This document shows, in pieces, positions 35,845-47,432 of a DNA stretch of 64,000 bases. This stretch comes from Macrostomum lignano (lineage: Eukaryota). A program made the position numbers and the translations under genes. The DNA lies in contig NIVC01002829.1 of the NCBI GenBank assembly GCA_002269645.1, positions 29,794 to 93,793 of the forward strand. Direction: 5' to 3'. The notes under the pieces were generated by a model. The model had not been told where the DNA came from. It saw nothing but the letters and a program-made list of their open reading frames with translations, and made no database searches. Numbering within the stretch: the stretch's first letter is position 1; each line of letters opens with the position of its first letter.

Positions 35845-38800
35845 GGGTGCAGGAATAGAATGGATTGCTAATCTAGCCTATCATGGATGCAGGAATAGAA
35901 TGGATTGCTAATCTAGCCTATCATGGATGCAGGAATAGAATGGATTGCTAATCTAGCCTATCATGGGTGCAGGAATAGAATGGATTGCTAATCTAACCTA
36001 TCATGGATGCAGGAATAGAATGGATTGCTAATCTAGCCTATCATGGATGCAGGAATAGAATGGATTACTAATCTAGCCTATCATGGATGCAGGAATAGAA
36101 TGGATTGCTAATCTAGCCTATCATGGATTGCTAATCTAGCCTATCATGGGTGCAGGAATAGAATGGATTGCTAATCTAGCCTATCATGGGTGCAGGAATA
36201 GAATGGATTGCTAATCTAGCCTATCATGGATGCAGGAATAGAATGGATTGCTAATCTAGCCTATCATGGGTGCAGGAATAGAGTGGATTGCTAATCTAGC
36301 CTATCATGGGTGCAGGAATAGAATGGATTGCTAATCTAGCCTATCATGGGTGCAGGAATAGAATGGATTGCTAATCTAGCCTATCATGGGTGCAGGAATA
36401 GAATGGATTGCTAATCTAGCCTATCATGGCTGCAGGAATAGAATGGATTGCTAATCTAGCCTATCATGGGTGCAGGAATAGAATGGATTGCTAATCTAGC
36501 CTCATGGATGCAGGAATAGAATGGATTGCTAATCTAGCCTATCATGGGTGCAGGAATAGAATGGATTGCTAATCTAGCCTATCATGGATGCAGGAATAGA
36601 ATGGATTGCTAATCTAACCTATCATGGATGCAGGAATAGAATGGATTGCTAATCCAGCCTATCATGGGTGCAGGAATAGAGTGGATTGCTAATCTAGCCT
36701 ATCATGGGTGCAGGAATAGAATGGATTGCTAATCTAGCCTATCATGGATGCAGGAATAGAATGGATTGCTAATCTAGCCTATCATGGGTGCAGGAATAGA
36801 ATGGATTGCTAATCTAGCCTCATGGATGCAGGAATAGAATGGATTGCTAATCTAGCCTATCATGGATGCAGGAATAGAATGGATTGCTAATCCAGCCTAT
36901 CATGGGTGCAGGAATAGAATGGATTGCTAATCTAGCCTATCATGGATGCAGGAATAGAATGGATTGTTAATCTAGCCTATCATGGATGCAGGAATAGAAT
37001 GGATTGCTAATCTAGCCTATCATGGATGCAGGAATAGAATGGATTGCTAATATAGCCTATCATGGATGCAGGAATAGCATGGATTGCTAATCTAGCCTAT
37101 CCTGGCTGCAGGAATAGAATGGATTGCTAATCTAGCCTATCATGGGTGCAGGAATAGAATGGATTGCTAATCTAGCCTATCATGGGTGCAGGAATAGAAT
37201 GGATTGCTAATCTAGCCTATCATGGCTGCAGGAATAGAATGGATTGTTAATCTAGCCTATCATGGATGCAGGAATAGAATGGATTGCTAATCTAGCCTAT
37301 CATGGATGCAGGAATAGAATGGATTGCTAATCTAGCCTATCATGGATGCAGGAATAGCATGGATTGCTAATCTAGCCTATCCTGGCTGCAGGAATAGAAT
37401 GGATTGCTAATCTAGCCTATCATGGGTGCAGGAATAGAATGGATTGCTAATCTAGCCTATCATGGGTGCAGGAATAGAATGGATTGCTAATCTAGCCTAT
37501 CATGGATGCAGGAATAGCATGGATTGCTAATCTAGCCTATCATGGGTGCAGGAATAGAATGGATTGCTAATCTAGCCTATCATGGGTGCAGGAATAGAAT
37601 GGATTGCTAATCTAGCCTATCATGGGTGCAGGAATAGAATGGATTGCTAATCTAGCCTATCATGGGTGCAGGAATAGAATGGATTGCTAATCTAGCCTAT
37701 CATGGGTGCAGGAATAGAATGGATTGTTAATCTAGCCTATCATGGATGCAGGAATAGAATGGATTGCTAATCTAGCCTATCATGGATGCAGGAATAGAAT
37801 GGATTGCTAATCTAGCCTATCATGGATGCAGGAATAGCATGGATTGCTAATCTAGCCTATCCTGGCTGCAGGAATAGAATGGATTGCTAATCTAGCCTAT
37901 CATGGGTGCAGGAATAGAATGGATTGCTAATCTAGCCTATCATGGGTGCAGGAATAGAATGGATTGCTAATCTAGCCTATCATGGGTGCAGGAATAGAAT
38001 GGATTGCTAATCTAGCCTATCTTGGGTGCAGGAATAGCATGGATTGCTAATCTAGCCTCATGGATGCAGGAATAGAATGGATTGCTAATCCAGCCTATCA
38101 TGGGTGCAGGAATAGAATGGATTGCTAATCTAGCCTATCATGGATGCAGGAATAGAATGGATTGTTAATCTAGCCTATCATGGATGCAGGAATAGAATGG
38201 ATTGCTAATCTAGCCTATCATGGATGCAGGAATAGAATGGATTGCTAATCTAGCCTATCATGGATGCAGGAATAGCATGGATTGCTAATCTAGCCTATCC
38301 TGGCTGCAGGAATAGAATGGATTGCTAATCTAGCCTATCATGGGTGCAGGAATAGAATGGATTGCTAATCTAGCCTATCATGGCTGCAGGAATAGAATGG
38401 ATTGTTAATCTAGCCTATCATGGATGCAGGAATAGAATGGATTGCTAATCTAGCCTATCATGGATGCAGGAATAGAATGGATTGCTAATCTAGCCTATCA
38501 TGGATGCAGGAATAGCATGGATTGCTAATCTAGCCTATCCTGGCTGCATTAATAGAATGGATTGCTAATCTAGCCTATCATGGGTGCAGGAATAGAATGG
38601 ATTGCTAATCTAGCCTATCATGGCTGCAGGAATAGAATGGATTGTTAATCTAGCCTATCATGGATGCAGGAATAGAATGGATTGCTAATCTAGCCTATCA
38701 TGGATGCAGGAATAGAATGGATTGCTAATCTAGCCTATCCTGGCTGCAGGAATAGAATGGATTGCTAATCTAGCCTATCATGGGTGCAGGAATAGAATGG

Positions 38801-38893
38801 ATTGCTAATCTAGCCTATCATGGGTGCAGGAATAGAATGGATTGCTAATCTAGCCTATCATGGGTGCAGGAATAGAATGGATTGCTAATCTAG
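35845..38893. repeat. 40-bp minisatellite (TGCAGGAATAGAATGGATTGCTAATCTAGCCTATCATGGR)n, ~75 copies
   Basis: Direct reading; period 40. Confidence 0.98.
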
Positions 38894-38912
38894 AGCCTAA
38901 TTTTTGTTACAG

Positions 38913-38973
38913 CACCGAGGCAGCCGAGAACTCATGGCCTCCTGCACCAACCTGGACGAGATCAGCGCGATGC
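38913..38973 (+). CDS. PH-domain protein, exon 3 (61-nt small exon, HRGSRELMASCTNLDEISAM)
   Basis: TTTTTGTTACAG| acceptor and C|GTGAGT donor. Phases 0/1 fit the flanking exons. Confidence 0.72.
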
Positions 38974-39034
38974 GTGAGTACCGCTTGAGCAGCTGATGCT
39001 TTTACATGTAACTCGACATATTAGTGTGCTCCGG

Positions 39035-40035
39035 TTCTAATTGTGGCGCCCCGTCACTAATTGTGGCGCCCCGTCACTAATTGTGGCGCCCCGTCACTAA
39101 TTGTGGCGCCCCGTCACTAATTGTGGCGCCCCGTCACTAATTGTGGCGCCCCGTCACTAATTGTGGCGCCCCGTCACTAATTGTGGCGCCCCGTCACTAA
39201 TTGTGGCGCCCCGTCACTAATTGTGGCGCCCCGTCACTAATTGTGGCGCCCCGTCACTAATTGTGGCGCCCCGTCACTAATTTTGGCACCCCGTCACTAA
39301 TTGTGGCGTCCCGTCACTAATTGTGGCGCCCCGTCACTAATTGTGGCGCCCCGTCAGTAATTACTGCTTACTACCTGCCTACTACTCCCGTCACTAATTG
39401 TGGCGCCCCGTCACTAATTGTGGCGCCCTGTCACTAATTGTTGCGCCCCGTCACTAATTGTGGCGCCCCGTCACTAATTGTGGCGCCCCGTCACTAATTT
39501 TGGCACCCCGTCACTAATTGTGGCGTCCCGTCACTAATTGTGGCGCCCCGTCACTAATTGTGGCGCCCCGTCAGTAATTACTGCTTACTACCTGCCTACT
39601 ACTCCCGTCACTAATTGTGGCGCCCCGTCACTAATTGTGGCGCCCTGTCACTAATTGTTGCGCCCCGTCACTAATTGTGGCGCCCCTCCTAATTGTGGCG
39701 TCCCGTCACTAATTGTGGCGCCCCGTCACTAATTGTGGCGCCCCGTCAGTAATTACTGCTTACTACCTGCCTACTACTCCCGTCACTAATTTTGGCACCC
39801 CGTCACTAATTGTGGCGCCCTGTCACTAATTGTTGCGCCCCGTCACTAATTGTGGCGCCCCTCCTAATTGTGGCGCCCCGTCACTAATTTTGGCACCCCG
39901 TCACTAATTGTGGCGCCCTGTCACTAATTGTAACGCCCCGTCACTAATTGTGGTGTCCCGTCACTAATTGTGGCGCCCCGTCACTAATTTTGGCACCCCG
40001 TCACTAATTGTTGCGTCCCGTCACGGATTTTGGCG
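39035..40035. repeat. 20-bp minisatellite (AATTGTGGCGCCCCGTCACT)n with three copies of a ~30-bp interruption
   Basis: Direct reading. Confidence 0.95.
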
Positions 40036-40076
40036 CCCATGGAACGGCAGCGACTTGCCGCTCTCCCTGCCCGCAG

Positions 40077-40222
40077 CCTCGTCCCCGGTTCGCTCGCCAA
40101 AGTACGGCGGGCTTTTGGCGGCTGCCGCGGCCGCCGCCCCAGCCAGCCCGGCGCCCATCATCACCGTCAACTGCTGCCTGGATGACGCTGACGGAGACAC
40201 CGACCAGGATGAGGAGGCGGGC
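40077..40222 (+). CDS. PH-domain protein, exon 4
   Basis: CCTGCCCGCAG| acceptor (phase 1) and GGC|GTGAGT donor (phase 0). Confidence 0.7.
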
Positions 40223-40407
40223 GTGAGTCCGGGACGGACCCCTGCGGCTTCTGGCTTCTTTTGGCTAAGAAAATTTTTAACTTTATACTCAGACAGCCAG
40301 TTCAGCTAATTGCCATCAAATCTGTCACCATTTTCTCCATTTTACAGCAAAACTTCACCCTCAATTATTTTATTCCGTGAATTCCGATTAGATAACTTCT
40401 AGGTAGA

Positions 40408-41465
40408 CAGACCCAGTTTCCCTGACCCAGTTTCCCTGACCCAGCTTCCCTGACCCAGTTTCCCTGACCCAGTTTCCCTGACCCAGCTTCCCTGACCCAG
40501 TTTCCCTGACCCAGTTTCCCTGACCCAGTTTCCCTGACCCAGTTTCCCTGACCCAGTTTCCCTGACCCAGTTTCCCTGACCCAGTTTCCCTGACCCAGTT
40601 TCCCTGACCCAGTTTCCCTGACCCAGTTTCCCTGACCCAGTTTCCCTGACCCAGTTTCCCTGACCCAGTTTCCCTGACCCAGTTTCCCTGACCCAGTTTC
40701 CCTGACCCAGTTTCCCTGACCCAGTTTCCCTGACCCAGTTTCCCTGACCCAGTTTCCCTGACCCAGTTTCCCTGACCCAGTTTCCCTGACCCAGTTTCCC
40801 TGACCCAGTTTCCCTGACCCAGTTTCCCTGACCCAGTTTCCCTGACCCAGTTTCCCTGACCCAGTTTCCCTGACCCAGTTTCCCTGACCCAGTTTCCCTG
40901 ACCCAGTTTCCCTGACCCAGTTTCCCTGACCCAGTTTCCCTGACCCAGTTTCCCTGACCCAGTTTCCCTGACCCAGTTTCCCTGACCCAGTTTCCCTGAC
41001 CCAGTTTCCCTGACCCAGTTTCCCTGACCCAGTTTCCCTGACCCAGTTTCCCTGACCCAGTTTCCCTGACCCAGTTTCCCTGACCCAGTTTCCCTGACCC
41101 AGTTTCCCTGACCCAGTTTCCCTGACCCAGTTTCCCTGACCCAGTTTCCCTGACCCAGTTTCCCTGACCCAGTTTCCCTGACCCAGTTTCCCTGACCCAG
41201 TTTCCCTGACCCAGTTTCCCTGACCCAGTTTCCCTGACCCAGTTTCCCTGACCCAGTTTCCCTGACCCAGTTTCCCTGACCCAGTTTCCCTGACCCAGTT
41301 TCCCTGACCCAGTTTCCCTGACCCAGTTTCCCTGACCCAGTTTCCCTGACCCAGTTTCCCTGACCCAGTTTCCCTGACCCAGTTTCCCTGACCCAGTTTC
41401 CCTGACCCAGTTTCCCTGACCCAGTTTCCCTGACCCAGTTTCCCTGACCCAGTTTCCCTGACCTA
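40408..41465. repeat. Near-perfect 14-bp minisatellite (CCCAGTTTCCCTGA)n, ~75 copies
   Basis: Direct reading. Confidence 0.98.
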
Positions 41466-41605
41466 GTTTCCGTGACACACTTTTCCCCGATATATTCTCA
41501 CTGACCCAAATCTTCCTGTCCCACAATCTCTCCTGTCCCACAATCTCACTGACCCATTCCCCTGACCCAGCCAGCCGCCGAACCCAAGCTCGACTCCTCC
41601 CGCAG

Positions 41606-41872
41606 TTCCGCCGCTCCTCACTGGAGTCGGTGGATCAGCTCACGCCGGAAGCGATCGCCGAGCTGAGGCGCCGGCGGATATCCACCCAGATTCAGCTGAA
41701 TTCGCTGCACTCCGAGGTGAAGAAGCGAGAGTCGTGCCTGAGCCAGCAGCAGATTCTGAACCTCAACTCGCAGATGTCGGATCTGTACGAGGAGCTGCGC
41801 GACATGGATGTGACCATCTCCCGGATTGACAGGGGCAACCCGGCTGGCAGGAAGAAGAAGGGCAGCTTCTAA
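41606..41872 (+). CDS. PH-domain protein, exon 5 (C-terminal coiled coil); total model ~612 aa
   Basis: CCTCCCGCAG| acceptor, phase 0. Heptads in IQLNSLHSEV..LNSQMSDLYEELRDMD; TAA at 41870-41872. Confidence 0.72.
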   Translation, partial: FRRSSLESVDQLTPEAIAELRRRRISTQIQLNSLHSEVKKRESCLSQQQILNLNSQMSDLYEELRDMDVTISRIDRGNPAGRKKKGSF

Positions 41873-44597
41873 GCAGCTGCTGGATGGCGTCAACATCGGC
41901 AGTTAAAATTAGAGGCTGTTATAAAAGTCGGTATCAGTTTTACAGCTGGCAAACCAATGCCCGACAAGATAAAATCTACACAGAATAGTCGCAATTAAAA
42001 TATATACACGCAACTAATTATTATTATCATCGTTTAAAACAAATTGGGTACAAGCCCCTTTGGTATCATAATTTTCAGATTGAACCTTTAGATGGTGTTC
42101 GGCAAACAGACAATTCGCAAAGAAACAAAGTGTTTTTTCGATCGCTTTCAATGGCTTTTAATTCGTTAGCTTCGTACAAAAGTAAATAACTAAACGTTTT
42201 CTTTTTTGTTTTGTTAAAATTTAAAATACGATTGAGCCATTCAAAATGACCAATCCCGCTGTTGCTAAAATATAAAAAAGTTAAGTTTGTGTTTTCTAGA
42301 CAGAAGAAATCCCTTACCATAATCAGCCGATTTTAAAATAAATTGCGTATGCGTGCAAAAATACTTAATATAATTAGTAGGAAAAAACCGTACTGTCAGC
42401 TTCATCAAAAGTATTTTTATCGCTTACAATTTTTGTCTGAACTGAAAATATAAGGATGGGCACTGCAGCTTGTCAGGTCCAACGTTCTCTTTTGACAACC
42501 AAAACACTCGAACCTCAAGCTGCAGTTAAAAAGTATTATTCTGCTAATTGTCAAATTTTTTTTTAAATTAAATAATTTTTATTATTTGATATGTTTTAAG
42601 CTGCATAGAAAAATGCGAAAAAACTGTTTACGTTCACTATCTTTTGATCGTCCCTTTAGTTAACGAATTTCCACGTTAGTTTTTTTATTAACATTTGCCC
42701 ATGTCCTCGTGACTAACTTGTGCTGTAAAAATATAGGTCGTTAGCTATATTATTCTAGCGCATATTATATATATTACTAAATACTGTAGTTGTTTTTCAT
42801 AAGAGCTGTGTAATTTGTTTTTTTCAGATTTAATAACACATCTTTTTCTTGTCTTTTGCTTTTGTTAAAAGTTATAATGTATTTTTACGAGCTATTTAAA
42901 AATTATGACAAAAATATTACCATTTAATATCCTGCAAAAAATAGACATATACCCGGGACAGAAATTTCACGCTTTACTTGTCGTCTCTTCGCTTTTGGCA
43001 CAAGCTTGTGTAATTAACTTGCATATTTTTTGTCTTTTTTTACATGTCAGCGAGGCTGTTTTAGAGAACAGCTAGTAGAGTACCTATACTCACTGTGCAG
43101 CTCATTAGCATAATTTTATGCAATTTTCGACGGGAAAAATTAAAAGCATGGTGGAGGGCCGCGATGCCAGCAGTGAATGAGCCAGCCATAAAAGCGGCCA
43201 TCCACTTGGGCCTATTTTGTTATTCTGAAAAAAGGGCGAAATTCCATGGGGAGGCTGAAGCCCCCAGTTACAGTAGTGTTGGCATTAACTATAGCTGCAC
43301 TCTTGAGTACACTAGCGGCTCGTGCTCAAAAGAGTGAGATCCAGACAGCGCATAGCGGGCGCGAGGATCCGATAGCTAAGTCTTCTTCTTGCAGTGGATC
43401 TTTCTGTTTGTTTAAACGCGCGCGCGCATCCCGGGCCGAGGGGTCGGCAACTCGATGCTATGCCAGATGCCGCGCGAGGCCCTTGAGATGAATGGAAAAA
43501 GCAGAAGGCAAGAATCGCAAGAATTGCATGCGCTAGGCCGCTAGCCTTTTTGCGATAAAGAGGGGCAGGATGCAGGAACTGCAGGGCATGGACTCTATTC
43601 TGCAGCCTCATGGCTCGTACACTGCTACAGTGCCAACTCAATAGCTATATTTCTTGCTTACTGCACAAGCAACGAATACCCTTGAATATGCTCAGCTCAT
43701 TGCCAATAATTGCAATGGCTGGCCATCATCAATCCATATTCGAGGACAGGGACTGAGGCGCTGGTGCTGCACTGAATTCCAGATTAGGTTAATGCACGCA
43801 GAGGGGATTTTGGGGTGGGTAAAAGCGAAAGTCGGGTAGCGAAGAAGCAACGGAATTGCTAATTTCCGAACTTTCTTCTCAACTAGAGTCGATCCATGAG
43901 TCCCGGCTCAGCTTAGATGCATTACAGTCACGGATGTGGCTTTAGGCCTGCGCAGTCACGCAGATGAATGCACCAGTTAATACCTTATCTGTGCCAATCG
44001 AAAGCATTTCGCTAACATCACAAGCAAAGACAGCAATTAGTGATCTATCTGTTTTATCTGCCATATGGTGTGGCCTTCATGCACGATGATATTGATATTA
44101 TTGACTTTGAAAGAAGCAATGCTGGCCAATCGGACATTGACTTTGTTCCAGCTCTAATTATTATTTTTATCATTTGGTACGCACTTTAGGGCTTGTTGAC
44201 TGTGCCTGACTCATTCAATCGATGTCTAACCCCCACCCATTAAAAATTGAACACAGCGCAGCGCCACCTCCCCCACCCAAGGCCTAGCCAACCACCCCAA
44301 TTTCACACCACCGCACAGCGGGGAGTCCATGCTGCGCACAGGCTTAGATTTCTTACCCCTAAACACATCGATTTAAAGTCACCCACCTCTCTCCATTCTT
44401 ATTTTTCTACCCCTACGCACCCCTGATTGGCTGATGCATCGTCCTGCAATTCCTCCGCTTTTATCGTTCAACATTTAGGCCCTATGCATATTTTTACACG
44501 AGTCTAGGCTACTTACCAATCAACTTTCCAATCAACTTTGCCACTGTCGCCAAGGCGAGAATCTTGTCGTTCTAAGGAAGGAAAACAGATCCCAGGC

Positions 44598-44949
44598 ATG
44601 CCTCTGACAGCCTGCCAGAAGGCCGTGGCCGTATCCGCATCCGCGGCAGCAGTCGCCGCCGCCGTCCTGCTGTGGGGTGTCGGCGCCGAGGCGGTGTACT
44701 TCGGCGACTACCTGCACGGCAGCCTGCTGCTGACGGCCGCCATCTTGGCCAGCCTGCTCGAGTCTCTGACAGCCTGGCAGTACATCGACTGGCGGCGCAG
44801 TCGCTACCTGACCGAGGCCGCCCCGCCACGCTGTCGGTTACCGCAGAGGCTGCTGGCTGTTGACACCTACCGGCGGGCCGTGGCGTACGCCCTGCTCAGC
44901 GTTCCCTGCTTCATCCAGCTGCAGCGCCTGTGGCTGCCGATCCTGCCCG
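44598..44949 (+). CDS. TMEM72-like multi-pass membrane protein, exon 1
   Basis: AAAVLLWGVGAE..SLLE and AYALLSVPCF..W..I.PG resemble TMEM72 as I recall it (AAVLIGVGTE..SICE; AYLLLSVACF..W..TIPG). Donor G|GTGAGT at 44950. Confidence 0.7.
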
Positions 44950-45025
44950 GTGAGTTGCCTATTGTTTCTTCTATCTTTAATAAGCATCGCCCAATTCGTA
45001 ACCGCGTGTCAAACGCACCCTACAG

Positions 45026-45122
45026 GTGCAATGCTACTGCTTGGGGCCGCGCTGTACACTGCCAAGTACTTCTGCCTCGTCAGCAGGCAGAGAGCCATTG
45101 TCAAGGTGCCAACCTTTGTCCG
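45026..45122 (+). CDS. TMEM72-like exon 2 (last TM helix)
   Basis: CCCTACAG| acceptor (phase 1); AMLLLGAALY; CG|GTAAGT donor (phase 2). Confidence 0.75.
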
Positions 45123-45215
45123 GTAAGTGAACCACCAAGCGGCCTGAATTTTGTACGCCCATCCCAGCTTTGATTGGCTGTGCTCAGCCCCTCCCTGCCG
45201 CTCCTCGCACCTCAG

Positions 45216-45507
45216 CTTCAAGGATGAGGCGGCCGTGGCGGAGACCTCAACCCCTGCTCCGGCCTCCTCAGACACTGGCCGGCTGAGCCACCAGTCGTCA
45301 TTCGCCTCCACCCATTCCGCCTGCTCCGGCCAGCCCATCAGCGGCTCGAAGGACTCGGGCATCGAAGCCACTCAGCAGCAGGCCATGGGCGGCGATGAAG
45401 CGCCGGGCAAGGCCCGCCGAATCCGCGCGCTGACCCGCGCCTGCTCGAGCTCGCCCGATCGGCGCTGCCTCATCACGGAGGAGGACAGCCTCAGCCTGCA
45501 CGAATGA
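45216..45507 (+). CDS. TMEM72-like exon 3 (disordered tail); total 246 aa
   Basis: CCTCAG| acceptor, phase 2, in frame with ORF 45151..45507. Confidence 0.72.
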
Positions 45508-45592
45508 CTTCCCCAGATGCTGCCAATAGTATTGCCATATACTAAAAATAGAATTAGTCTCGCACTCTGCCTGCCTACTTACGAGCAGTACT

Positions 45593-46260
45593 AGTAGTGC
45601 GAGTGGAGTTTGTACATTGAAATTTGTGTAGAAAAGATTGCATACAGAGTTTTTTCTTTCCATTCCTGGAATGACGGGTCTTCCTGGTTGGCATTGTTTT
45701 AATGCATCTTCCTCGCGAATGCCCAACCAGTCTTACATTTCGGCAACACAAAATTGCCCCTACAACAAAGTAGAAGGCATGAGGGGGCTTCTGGGACAAA
45801 ATTTTTCACCTCCTCCATAATCCACCTAAATCCATCCATATTATCCCTGACAGAATCAGAAAAAAAGGGGGGTCGCACTCGCTAACAAAACGTCCTCCAT
45901 AATCCACCTAAATCCTTCCATATTATCCCTGACAGAATAAGAAAAAAAGGGGGGTCGCACCCGCTCACAAAACGTCCTCCATAATCCCATTAAATCCATC
46001 CATATTATCCCCGAAAGAATCATGAAAAAGGGGAGGGGCCGCACTTGCTCCGAAAACTTCGAACATAATCCACCTAAATCCATCCATATTATCCCTGACA
46101 GAATCAGAGCAGGTGTCCACTGATACCTGTTATGCTCACTGACACCGACATCCATCCATAGCATCTTCGAAACAATCAGAAAAAAATATGCATTCTTCTC
46201 CCCACATTCAATTCGCAACATGAAACCAGATCCCTAAAACTTTAAACCCCCTAACCCAGG
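45593..46260. repeat. Candidate left terminal (TIR) region with subterminal direct repeats (ATAATCCMYYTAAATCCATCCATATTATCCC...GAATCAG)
   Basis: Starts AGTAGT; 4-5 imperfect repeats at ~45815-46110. The partner TIR is not in the window. Confidence 0.5.
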
Positions 46261-46300
46261 GTCCTTACCCTTTGAAAAAAAAATTAAATTTTCTCTAAAA

Positions 46301-46540
46301 ATGTTTCCAGTTGTCTCTCCAGGTTCTTATTACAAAGCGCACGAGCCTAATTACAAGAGTAAGTACCGATGCAAACTAGAATGCAGCGAGTACATGAGAA
46401 AATATTGGCCCGACGTTGATATCAATGTCCCTAATATTAATCTAGCTCTCCAAAGACACTGGTTTCATAAGTATGGAGTAACCTACGTAAAATATTACGA
46501 CAGCTACTATAACTTTGTAGAAATCATTAGACAATTGTGA
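46301..46540 (+). CDS. Polinton 79-aa Tyr-rich hypothetical protein, copy 1
   Basis: Intact in both copies with one amino-acid difference; A-tract before the ATG as in other element genes. Confidence 0.6.
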   Translation: MFPVVSPGSYYKAHEPNYKSKYRCKLECSEYMRKYWPDVDINVPNINLALQRHWFHKYGVTYVKYYDSYYNFVEIIRQL

Positions 46541-46544
46541 TTTC

Positions 46545-47408
46545 TTACATTCTTTCAATGATCAACGTCAATACAAACTCTTCCCCATTAAAATCAACGC
46601 CCATCCCATCTTCAGTCTCAAACTGTAGCACAATCTCGTGAATCTCCTTATTACTCAATACAACTCTTTTCACTGGATTTGGTTTCTCTACCACCATCTG
46701 TCCTCCAGCTACAGAGTTGGAGATGTTGTACAAAATATTAGTTCGCTTTCCCTTAAATACCCAATCAAGACTGAGATTAGTTCTGATTAGAATATTCAAA
46801 CCCTTTACAATGTCTGCTATATTGGGTGCTAAGAACAAACCGCGTACACTTTCCCGGGCCATGCTAACGGCCCCCGATGCTTGAGTGACAGTCCGCGCTG
46901 TGGATTCTGCCTTATAAACTTTCTTCACGAATCCCAATTCCCTATACCAAGTGTCATCTTTAAACTCAACCTCCGCATCTTTGTGAACTTGCATGACCAC
47001 TCTCATTACAGTGAGATCATAGGTTAGTTTAACAGGGAACAGTTTCTTCTCTGGCTTACTCATATCAGGTGTCTCAAAATGGCCTCTTTTAGTAAAGACG
47101 TTTTCTAGAAAGTAATTGTAGGTATCCACACTTTGCGTGCTCACAGGGAATACCACAGGTTCTGCTGCTGCACCTTTCCATTTGTAATAAAACTTATTAT
47201 TTGCTGCCGTCACATTGGGAACGTTTGACCAACCAGTGAAGTCGTTAAGATAGACATGGTAATTAGCACCTGGATCCAGGCTAATCGCCTGCTCTAATTT
47301 TTGAACAAATATCCCGTTTGAGTCATTAATCCGCCCAGTTATTGTAATAGGAATGCTCTCCTTGGAGTGCGAAATAATATTGTTTAGTCTTTCGGCTATA
47401 GCTTCCAT
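46545..47408 (-). CDS. Polinton minor capsid (penton) protein, copy 1, 287 aa
   Basis: Size, beta-rich pattern, PN...NNKFYY and C-terminal I.LQFETEDG..VDFNGE...L.I typical of Polinton pentons; adjacent to the major capsid gene. Confidence 0.75.
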   Translation of the reverse strand: MEAIAERLNNIISHSKESIPITITGRINDSNGIFVQKLEQAISLDPGANYHVYLNDFTGWSNVPNVTAANNKFYYKWKGAAAEPVVFPVSTQSVDTYNYFLENVFTKRGHFETPDMSKPEKKLFPVKLTYDLTVMRVVMQVHKDAEVEFKDDTWYRELGFVKKVYKAESTARTVTQASGAVSMARESVRGLFLAPNIADIVKGLNILIRTNLSLDWVFKGKRTNILYNISNSVAGGQMVVEKPNPVKRVVLSNKEIHEIVLQFETEDGMGVDFNGEEFVLTLIIERM

Positions 47409-47432
47409 TTTTTTCACCCACAAAAAAAATAT

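Noticed and set aside
35845-38893. Regular 20-40-bp arrays as possible CRISPR loci
   Set aside because: Units are contiguous with no unique spacers, there are no cas genes, and the context is eukaryotic introns.
43058-43066. GTTTTAGAG resembling a type II CRISPR repeat or sgRNA start
   Set aside because: Single 9-mer with no array or tracr partner; expected by chance.
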